A stretch of 19,920 nucleotides of DNA from Paraphysomonas bandaiensis. Its lineage: Eukaryota > Protista > Chrysophyceae. A model generated the notes under the pieces. The model was not told where the DNA came from and made no database searches. It saw nothing but the letters and a program-made list of their open reading frames with translations. Shown in pieces: positions 9,648-18,530 of this stretch (positions are counted from its first letter, which is position 1; every line of letters begins with the position of its first letter). The DNA is taken from the NCBI GenBank assembly GCA_965644295.1, contig CBFFRP010000270.1:1-19920 (forward strand), given 5' to 3'. Position numbers and translations under genes: made by a program.

Positions 9648-10139
9648 ATGCACTACATCACTATCATCGGACTTGCTCTTGTATGTTGCCAGGGATACTC
9701 ACTGGAAGCATCGGATGAATCAATCAAAAGTGAAGCTTCTACTAAGTTCTCCACGGAAGACATTGCTGCTCTATTTACTGCGAATGGCCGAACCGTATCA
9801 ATCGTAGGTGATGAGACCCTCAAAATGGTGTTCAATGTTGAAGTCATGGGCAACCAAACAGCTGTCATCACTATTGGTAATAGTGACATATCTATGTATT
9901 CGTCGTATGTTCTTCCTAAAAAGTTCAAGAATCGTGATGATGGCGCTGCCCAATCATTTGCCGGTAACTGGAATTCGAATAAACGCTTTTCAAGCGTATA
10001 TTTCGACAGAGATGGAGATTTTGTTCTTCAATCAGACCTTTTACTATGTGATGACCATAGTTCTAATGTTGAGCTTGTTGGTAAATTTGTGAGCACTTTT
10101 ATTAAGTCAGCCACTATATTTATCATTCAGATGGTATGA
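9648..10139 (+). CDS. YbjN-like (T3SS-chaperone/CesT-fold) domain protein with signal peptide, 163 aa, intronless; copy 1
   Basis: Hydrophobic leader MHYITIIGLALVCCQG. The motif NWNSNKRFSSVYFDRDGDFVLQSDL fits the bacterial YbjN-family pattern WNxxKRFSxxYxDxDGDxVLxxD (recalled), followed by an amphipathic C-terminal helix. Confidence 0.72.
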   Translation: MHYITIIGLALVCCQGYSLEASDESIKSEASTKFSTEDIAALFTANGRTVSIVGDETLKMVFNVEVMGNQTAVITIGNSDISMYSSYVLPKKFKNRDDGAAQSFAGNWNSNKRFSSVYFDRDGDFVLQSDLLLCDDHSSNVELVGKFVSTFIKSATIFIIQMV

Positions 10140-11078
10140 TATGCATAGTCACTCAAGGTTGCATGATCGTACACTATTTAATTTATGATATGATATTTCA
10201 TGTATTTAATTTGATATATGATACTTTTGAAAAGGAATTTATGGCTGAGTAATAATAATTTGCTTAATACTTACTGTTTTATTGAGTAGAATTAGCTAGT
10301 CACTCTCTAGTACACTTTGCATAACTGTCTCATACCGATAGTGTTGCATATTGCATAGACAGGCAGTACATTTTGTCCTGATTCTACGAGACACTATATT
10401 CCGTCATATTGATTGTTCATGTATTATACATACAGTACTTGTCATCACTATATTAAATACGGAATTCTCCAATGCTGCACGATTCATATTATTACTTAGT
10501 TACTTATTATGTGTGGATTGTGGATCAGTTCGATAAGAGCTACAGACGAACATCATGCATTATTCTAATCGTTAAAAATATTGTCATTACGTGAGAGATA
10601 GACATTTCGTTTATTTATTATTTCAGTTTCATTGTTGTTACAGGCAATCAGTACTCATGCTACATATTGTTGAGAATTATCTTTACCAGATACTCATTGA
10701 TAACGACTACTATTTCGGACGCCTTAGTTTTGTCCTATTTGTAAACAAAGTGAGGTAATCGAGGGCAATGTGTGAGGTTATCCATGTAATTTTCCGCCTT
10801 TAGGGAGTTTCAAATTGCTTCTGCTTCAACGCTTCGTTTTACTTGGAAATCTGGTTACACAAAGTGGTTGTGTGATCTAAGTCGTAAACTTCATTCCGGT
10901 GTTTGCTGCATTTCCACAAAACTCACCATTATCTTCAGCCTGAACATTACAGTAATATCCAAGTCTTGTCTTCAGATAGTTCCGGCTTCTTGGCTGATGA
11001 ACTCTGACCCTCTACAACAGCACAGCAACACCTGTGCCACAGATAACACACTACGCTGATCATTAGCATATCAATAGA

Positions 11079-11272
11079 TCAGCCACTGCACATATCTTCA
11101 GCCTGGGCAATAAAGTGCATAGTCCACAGTCAGTCACATTTATGGCATTATGCTCAGAGCTGTTTACCTCAGCCTCTAGACCCTTCAGATCCAAGCCCAT
11201 TTGTTTTGCAAACTTTTTTGCTTCCGGAGGCAATCCTTTGGGAAGCTGCTGCTCCTTGGCAGGGCGAGACAT
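11079..11272 (-). pseudogene. Truncated PIH1D2-like 5' fragment (exon 1, intron 1 and 14 nt of exon 2; would give a 42-aa peptide ending AEDMCSG*)
   Basis: 11089-11272 is a copy of 8916-9099, fused at the unit junction to unrelated sequence with a TGA at 11081-11079. Confidence 0.8.
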
Positions 11273-11811
11273 TTGTTTAATAGTTGAATTCATTATACGG
11301 TCAGTAATTAAAGACTCTTTATGAATGAAATCACTTAACAACTGAAGGAAGAAGAACTGTTATATAACAGAGAGACACACACTGCTGCTACTGTGACATA
11401 CTCACATACACACACTGCGGCTCTATGTACTGCAGTATGTACACAGATGTATCTATACGTACGAGTGTGCAGCAGTACTGCATCCAGAAAAAGACTTTTT
11501 CACACCGAAATCGAAAAAGGTAGGAATTTCCTTTGAAAACGGGGAAATTGATATTACACACAAAGTTAATCCATCAACAAACACGTGTACGAGTGTACGA
11601 GTGCAGCAGTATATACAGCAGTACAGTACACAGATATCATACTGCATACCGTATACCGAGCTCCAGCTGTTCCAGGAAGTGTTCAGGAATATGAGGAATC
11701 TTGGAAACGTGGACATGATCACTGGACTAATGAAATCAATACCTCATCACAATTTACAATATATTCTAAAGCACAAAATCAAAGACACTCAAACCCACAA
11801 CACTCTCAATA

Positions 11812-12303
11812 ATGCACTACATCACTATCATCGGACTTGCTCTTGTATGTTGCCAGGGATACTCACTGGAAGCATCGGATGAATCAATCAAAAGTGAAGC
11901 TTCTACTAAGTTCTCCACGGAAGACATTGCTGCTCTATTTACTGCGAATGGCCGAACCGTATCAATCGTAGGTGATGAGACCCTCAAAATGGTGTTCAAT
12001 GTTGAAGTCATGGGCAACCAAACAGCTGTCATCACTATTGGTAATAGTGACATATCTATGTATTCGTCGTATGTTCTTCCTAAAAAGTTCAAGAATCGTG
12101 ATGATGGCGCTGCCCAATCATTTGCCGGTAACTGGAATTCGAATAAACGCTTTTCAAGCGTATATTTCGACAGAGATGGAGATTTTGTTCTTCAATCAGA
12201 CCTTTTACTATGTGATGACCATAGTTCTAATGTTGAGCTTGTTGGTAAATTTGTGAGCACTTTTATTAAGTCAGCCACTATATTTATCATTCAGATGGTA
12301 TGA
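11812..12303 (+). CDS. YbjN-like secreted protein, copy 2
   Basis: Translation identical to copy 1. Confidence 0.72.
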   Translation: MHYITIIGLALVCCQGYSLEASDESIKSEASTKFSTEDIAALFTANGRTVSIVGDETLKMVFNVEVMGNQTAVITIGNSDISMYSSYVLPKKFKNRDDGAAQSFAGNWNSNKRFSSVYFDRDGDFVLQSDLLLCDDHSSNVELVGKFVSTFIKSATIFIIQMV

Positions 12304-13242
12304 TATGCATAGTCACTCAAGGTTGCATGATCGTACACTATTTAATTTATGATATGATATTTCATGTATTTAATTTGATATATGATACTTTTGAAAAGGA
12401 ATTTATGGCTGAGTAATAATAATTTGCTTAATACTTACTGTTTTATTGAGTAGAATTAGCTAGTCACTCTCTAGTACACTTTGCATAACTGTCTCATACC
12501 GATAGTGTTGCATATTGCATAGACAGGCAGTACATTTTGTCCTGATTCTACGAGACACTATATTCCGTCATATTGATTGTTCATGTATTATACATACAGT
12601 ACTTGTCATCACTATATTAAATACGGAATTCTCCAATGCTGCACGATTCATATTATTACTTAGTTACTTATTATGTGTGGATTGTGGATCAGTTCGATAA
12701 GAGCTACAGACGAACATCATGCATTATTCTAATCGTTAAAAATATTGTCATTACGTGAGAGATAGACATTTCGTTTATTTATTATTTCAGTTTCATTGTT
12801 GTTACAGGCAATCAGTACTCATGCTACATATTGTTGAGAATTATCTTTACCAGATACTCATTGATAACGACTACTATTTCGGACGCCTTAGTTTTGTCCT
12901 ATTTGTAAACAAAGTGAGGTAATCGAGGGCAATGTGTGAGGTTATCCATGTAATTTTCCGCCTTTAGGGAGTTTCAAATTGCTTCTGCTTCAACGCTTCG
13001 TTTTACTTGGAAATCTGGTTACACAAAGTGGTTGTGTGATCTAAGTCGTAAACTTCATTCCGGTGTTTGCTGCATTTCCACAAAACTCACCATTATCTTC
13101 AGCCTGAACATTACAGTAATATCCAAGTCTTGTCTTCAGATAGTTCCGGCTTCTTGGCTGATGAACTCTGACCCTCTACAACAGCACAGCAACACCTGTG
13201 CCACAGATAACACACTACGCTGATCATTAGCATATCAATAGA

Positions 13243-13436
13243 TCAGCCACTGCACATATCTTCAGCCTGGGCAATAAAGTGCATAGTCCACAGTCAGTCA
13301 CATTTATGGCATTATGCTCAGAGCTGTTTACCTCAGCCTCTAGACCCTTCAGATCCAAGCCCATTTGTTTTGCAAACTTTTTTGCTTCCGGAGGCAATCC
13401 TTTGGGAAGCTGCTGCTCCTTGGCAGGGCGAGACAT
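13243..13436 (-). pseudogene. Truncated PIH1D2-like 5' fragment, second copy
   Basis: Same as 11079-11272, offset 2164. Confidence 0.8.
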
Positions 13437-13975
13437 TTGTTTAATAGTTGAATTCATTATACGGTCAGTAATTAAAGACTCTTTATGAATGAAATCACTT
13501 AACAACTGAAGGAAGAAGAACTGTTATATAACAGAGAGACACACACTGCTGCTACTGTGACATACTCACATACACACACTGCGGCTCTATGTACTGCAGT
13601 ATGTACACAGATGTATCTATACGTACGAGTGTGCAGCAGTACTGCATCCAGAAAAAGACTTTTTCACACCGAAATCGAAAAAGGTAGGAATTTCCTTTGA
13701 AAACGGGGAAATTGATATTACACACAAAGTTAATCCATCAACAAACACGTGTACGAGTGTACGAGTGCAGCAGTATATACAGCAGTACAGTACACAGATA
13801 TCATACTGCATACCGTATACCGAGCTCCAGCTGTTCCAGGAAGTGTTCAGGAATATGAGGAATCTTGGAAACGTGGACATGATCACTGGACTAATGAAAT
13901 CAATACCTCATCACAATTTACAATATATTCTAAAGCACAAAATCAAAGACACTCAAACCCACAACACTCTCAATA

Positions 13976-14467
13976 ATGCACTACATCACTATCATCGGAC
14001 TTGCTCTTGTATGTTGCCAGGGATACTCACTGGAAGCATCGGATGAATCAATCAAAAGTGAAGCTTCTACTAAGTTCTCCACGGAAGACATTGCTGCTCT
14101 ATTTACTGCGAATGGCCGAACCGTATCAATCGTAGGTGATGAGACCCTCAAAATGGTGTTCAATGTTGAAGTCATGGGCAACCAAACAGCTGTCATCACT
14201 ATTGGTAATAGTGACATATCTATGTATTCGTCGTATGTTCTTCCTAAAAAGTTCAAGAATCGTGATGATGGCGCTGCCCAATCATTTGCCGGTAACTGGA
14301 ATTCGAATAAACGCTTTTCAAGCGTATATTTCGACAGAGATGGAGATTTTGTTCTTCAATCAGACCTTTTACTATGTGATGACCATAGTTCTAATGTTGA
14401 GCTTGTTGGTAAATTTGTGAGCACTTTTATTAAGTCAGCCACTATATTTATCATTCAGATGGTATGA
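13976..14467 (+). CDS. YbjN-like secreted protein, copy 3
   Basis: Translation identical to copy 1. Confidence 0.72.
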   Translation: MHYITIIGLALVCCQGYSLEASDESIKSEASTKFSTEDIAALFTANGRTVSIVGDETLKMVFNVEVMGNQTAVITIGNSDISMYSSYVLPKKFKNRDDGAAQSFAGNWNSNKRFSSVYFDRDGDFVLQSDLLLCDDHSSNVELVGKFVSTFIKSATIFIIQMV

Positions 14468-14685
14468 TATGCATAGTCACTCAAGGTTGCATGATCGTAC
14501 ACTATTTAATTTATGATATGATATTTCATGTATTTAATTTGATATATGATACTTTTGAAAAGGAATTTATGGCTGAGTAATAATAATTTGCTTAATACTT
14601 ACTGTTTTATTGAGTAGAATTAGCTAGTCACTCTCTAGTACACTTTGCATAACTGTCTCATACCGATAGTGTTGCATATTGCATA

Positions 14686-16356
14686 TAATTCTCTGCCCTA
14701 CGATGGCAAATACAGTCCAACATAAAGTTTCACCCTATTAACCAGCTCCAAGCCCAATGTCTCTATTGAGACCGTGGCTGAGTCACATCAGTGTGCCCAG
14801 GGCCTTTTACACTCCCTTACTGCTGCATTTTGTTGACCACCACGCTTCCGACAAATTACCTGTCACACCATGTTGTACACGCTCCAAGTCCCCCTGCCTG
14901 GCCTTGCAACCTTCACCCTACTCAACTACTTCAGTTAAACAACGTGCCTGCACCAATGCAGCGCTGACCGCATGCATATGCTATCACCTAAGGAGACACC
15001 TTCGTCTCCTACACGGTTCTCTACGGATACAACCACTTACAGCATGGCTCGTGCGAGCAGATCCACGCAAACGGCCCCCATGTACCTTCTCTGCAACCCC
15101 TGTCTCCTCTCGACACCTCTCCACTGCACAACAGGGCCGTCTCCTGACGACAACCCAGCCCAACCCAACATGGTTTGTCTGTGGTCTATCCACCCAGCAG
15201 GCTACCCCCTCACCCTGTTCACCTATCACCCCCACAGCCCATCCATCTCATTGGATAGACACTGTATTCCGCATACGGTATACTCGACTACTGTACTACT
15301 GTGTCCTACAGGATGTATACCATTCCGTGTATACCTCTACTGCTGTTGGACACATCACCATGTCCATGTACCTGTCTACCTGTACTGCTGGACACATCAC
15401 CAGCTCTCTCTCTCTGTCCAACACACTCATAACACCACTGCAGTGTCATACACACACACAGTACACTCTACCTCCTCCTAGAAAACCCCCAGACAAACCA
15501 TCTCCCCTCCCTTCGTCTCTGATACCTTGCCGTCATCTTCCTTACACACACTCTCTATGCCTCAGTCTGTACCCCCCTGCACCAACACAGACACTAACAA
15601 GAGCAGCTGAGGACGTCCGAGTGTCTCCTCCAGACCATCATCATCATCACGATCATCTCGTGCATAGGTCTATCAGAGTACTCGACCTCAGTGACTCTTG
15701 TTCTGTTGCGCAGTCTCACTCCCCTCAATCAGATGTTGCCTCTCTTGCACCATCACACTCCCTCTCGACTCCCTGTAGCTGGACACACCGGATGACCCTC
15801 ACATCCCACCCCTGTACAGCTATACACCCTCTTGCATGTGTTCTCTACCGCTGGCTAAGACAGCAAAAGAGCCGATTTCGACGCTTCTTCACAGTAGGCC
15901 ATAACCTTTTGCAAGACCTTCATCCACATACCTCCGAGCCACTTGGAACAATGCCTAAAGGAAGGCCACCAGATCGCCAATCTCAGAAGGGCATATTACT
16001 GTTTCCCCTAACTGCCATAAGGCTAATAAGTCAGTCCCCGTGAGGTACATAAGGCTATCTATCATATAGCGAGTGGAGTCTCATCCCAAGAGGAGACCTC
16101 CAGATCACACGCGCCGGTGAGTCCCAGGACACACGATCATGGCGAGCCTCATAACACACACTAAGAACGGAAGTGGTTGCACCTTGGTGCTTGCGGCGAC
16201 GCACAAGCAGCTTCTGTAGCGTTAAATAGTAGGATAAAAGAGTTTGTATTGATTAGTTACGGGTAGTAGTCTAACTAGTATGACTAGCATTCTTCTAGCC
16301 ACTAATTGGTGCAGGCTTTCAACGCCTATTGCTAAATAATCAGACATTCAATATAT
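14686..16356 (+). mobile_element. 1671-bp insertion with 10-bp TSD ATATTGCATA, no TIRs or LTRs, short AT tail; probably a non-autonomous non-LTR-type retroelement
   Basis: The empty site is visible in U1 and U2 (GTTGC-ATATTGCATA-GAC). The TSD lies at 14676-14685 and 16357-16366. The element ends ...GACATTC-AATATAT, and its plus strand is strongly C-rich and G-poor. The insertion is certain; the class is inferred. Confidence 0.85.
14757..16043 (+). CDS. Hypothetical 428-aa Pro/Thr/Ser/His-rich ORF inside the insertion
   Basis: It is ATG-initiated about 70 nt from the element start and fills most of the element. It has RKPPDKP and RPPD motifs and a His run, but no RT or transposase motif. The G-poor strand lowers stop-codon frequency, so the ORF may be incidental. 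Confidence 0.35.
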   Translation: MSLLRPWLSHISVPRAFYTPLLLHFVDHHASDKLPVTPCCTRSKSPCLALQPSPYSTTSVKQRACTNAALTACICYHLRRHLRLLHGSLRIQPLTAWLVRADPRKRPPCTFSATPVSSRHLSTAQQGRLLTTTQPNPTWFVCGLSTQQATPSPCSPITPTAHPSHWIDTVFRIRYTRLLYYCVLQDVYHSVYTSTAVGHITMSMYLSTCTAGHITSSLSLSNTLITPLQCHTHTQYTLPPPRKPPDKPSPLPSSLIPCRHLPYTHSLCLSLYPPAPTQTLTRAAEDVRVSPPDHHHHHDHLVHRSIRVLDLSDSCSVAQSHSPQSDVASLAPSHSLSTPCSWTHRMTLTSHPCTAIHPLACVLYRWLRQQKSRFRRFFTVGHNLLQDLHPHTSEPLGTMPKGRPPDRQSQKGILLFPLTAIRLISQSP

Positions 16357-17087
16357 ATATTGCATAGACAGGCAGTACATTTTGTCCTGATTCTACGAGA
16401 CACTATATTCCGTCATATTGATTGTTCATGTATTATACATACAGTACTTGTCATCACTATATTAAATACGGAATTCTCCAATGCTGCACGATTCATATTA
16501 TTACTTAGTTACTTATTATGTGTGGATTGTGGATCAGTTCGATAAGAGCTACAGACGAACATCATGCATTATTCTAATCGTTAAAAATATTGTCATTACG
16601 TGAGAGATAGACATTTCGTTTATTTATTATTTCAGTTTCATTGTTGTTACAGGCAATCAGTACTCATGCTACATATTGTTGAGAATTATCTTTACCAGAT
16701 ACTCATTGATAACGACTACTATTTCGGACGCCTTAGTTTTGTCCTATTTGTAAACAAAGTGAGGTAATCGAGGGCAATGTGTGAGGTTATCCATGTAATT
16801 TTCCGCCTTTAGGGAGTTTCAAATTGCTTCTGCTTCAACGCTTCGTTTTACTTGGAAATCTGGTTACACAAAGTGGTTGTGTGATCTAAGTCGTAAACTT
16901 CATTCCGGTGTTTGCTGCATTTCCACAAAACTCACCATTATCTTCAGCCTGAACATTACAGTAATATCCAAGTCTTGTCTTCAGATAGTTCCGGCTTCTT
17001 GGCTGATGAACTCTGACCCTCTACAACAGCACAGCAACACCTGTGCCACAGATAACACACTACGCTGATCATTAGCATATCAATAGA

Positions 17088-17281
17088 TCAGCCACTGCAC
17101 ATATCTTCAGCCTGGGCAATAAAGTGCATAGTCCACAGTCAGTCACATTTATGGCATTATGCTCAGAGCTGTTTACCTCAGCCTCTAGACCCTTCAGATC
17201 CAAGCCCATTTGTTTTGCAAACTTTTTTGCTTCCGGAGGCAATCCTTTGGGAAGCTGCTGCTCCTTGGCAGGGCGAGACAT
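17088..17281 (-). pseudogene. Truncated PIH1D2-like 5' fragment, third copy
   Basis: Same as 13243-13436, offset 3845. Confidence 0.8.
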
Positions 17282-17820
17282 TTGTTTAATAGTTGAATTC
17301 ATTATACGGTCAGTAATTAAAGACTCTTTATGAATGAAATCACTTAACAACTGAAGGAAGAAGAACTGTTATATAACAGAGAGACACACACTGCTGCTAC
17401 TGTGACATACTCACATACACACACTGCGGCTCTATGTACTGCAGTATGTACACAGATGTATCTATACGTACGAGTGTGCAGCAGTACTGCATCCAGAAAA
17501 AGACTTTTTCACACCGAAATCGAAAAAGGTAGGAATTTCCTTTGAAAACGGGGAAATTGATATTACACACAAAGTTAATCCATCAACAAACACGTGTACG
17601 AGTGTACGAGTGCAGCAGTATATACAGCAGTACAGTACACAGATATCATACTGCATACCGTATACCGAGCTCCAGCTGTTCCAGGAAGTGTTCAGGAATA
17701 TGAGGAATCTTGGAAACGTGGACATGATCACTGGACTAATGAAATCAATACCTCATCACAATTTACAATATATTCTAAAGCACAAAATCAAAGACACTCA
17801 AACCCACAACACTCTCAATA

Positions 17821-18312
17821 ATGCACTACATCACTATCATCGGACTTGCTCTTGTATGTTGCCAGGGATACTCACTGGAAGCATCGGATGAATCAATCAA
17901 AAGTGAAGCTTCTACTAAGTTCTCCACGGAAGACATTGCTGCTCTATTTACTGCGAATGGCCGAACCGTATCAATCGTAGGTGATGAGACCCTCAAAATG
18001 GTGTTCAATGTTGAAGTCATGGGCAACCAAACAGCTGTCATCACTATTGGTAATAGTGACATATCTATGTATTCGTCGTATGTTCTTCCTAAAAAGTTCA
18101 AGAATCGTGATGATGGCGCTGCCCAATCATTTGCCGGTAACTGGAATTCGAATAAACGCTTTTCAAGCGTATATTTCGACAGAGATGGAGATTTTGTTCT
18201 TCAATCAGACCTTTTACTATGTGATGACCATAGTTCTAATGTTGAGCTTGTTGGTAAATTTGTGAGCACTTTTATTAAGTCAGCCACTATATTTATCATT
18301 CAGATGGTATGA
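17821..18312 (+). CDS. YbjN-like secreted protein, copy 4
   Basis: Translation identical to copy 1. Confidence 0.72.
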   Translation: MHYITIIGLALVCCQGYSLEASDESIKSEASTKFSTEDIAALFTANGRTVSIVGDETLKMVFNVEVMGNQTAVITIGNSDISMYSSYVLPKKFKNRDDGAAQSFAGNWNSNKRFSSVYFDRDGDFVLQSDLLLCDDHSSNVELVGKFVSTFIKSATIFIIQMV

Positions 18313-18530
18313 TATGCATAGTCACTCAAGGTTGCATGATCGTACACTATTTAATTTATGATATGATATTTCATGTATTTAATTTGATATATGATACTTT
18401 TGAAAAGGAATTTATGGCTGAGTAATAATAATTTGCTTAATACTTACTGTTTTATTGAGTAGAATTAGCTAGTCACTCTCTAGTACACTTTGCATAACTG
18501 TCTCATACCGATAGTGTTGCATATTGCATA

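Noticed and set aside
9648-9740. Bipartite plastid-targeting presequence (aromatic Y right after the predicted signal cleavage)
   Set aside because: The following residues (SLEASDESIKSE) are acidic, unlike transit peptides.
8295-10536. Short overlapping or antisense ORFs in the track (e.g. 8562-9107, 9421-9648, 9437-9718, 9653-9928, 9808-10092, 10351-10536, and equivalents inside the Copia element)
   Set aside because: They are shadow frames of better-supported genes, or AT-rich intergenic ORFs with non-ATG starts. Their recurrence merely reflects the tandem duplication.
10949-11035. Possible last exon of another minus-strand gene (…EGQSSSAKKPELSEDKTWILL*) captured at the unit's right end
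   Set aside because: It is too short, no homology was recognised, and the original context lies outside the window.
11060-11095. AGCATAT near the junction also occurs just left of the original breakpoint (8908-8913 region), suggesting template switching
   Set aside because: A 7-nt AT-rich match could be chance, and the native right-hand sequence needed to define microhomology is not in the window.
15330-15405. Internal direct repeat TACCT(C/G)TACTGCTG...GGACACATCACCA of about 27 bp in the insertion
   Set aside because: It is a simple local duplication with no evidence of function.
14686-16356. Hammerhead ribozyme or tRNA-derived SINE head in the insertion
   Set aside because: CTGANGA-like words (about 15144 and 15607) lack a flanking stem and GAAA partner. 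No A/B boxes were recognised at the 5' end.
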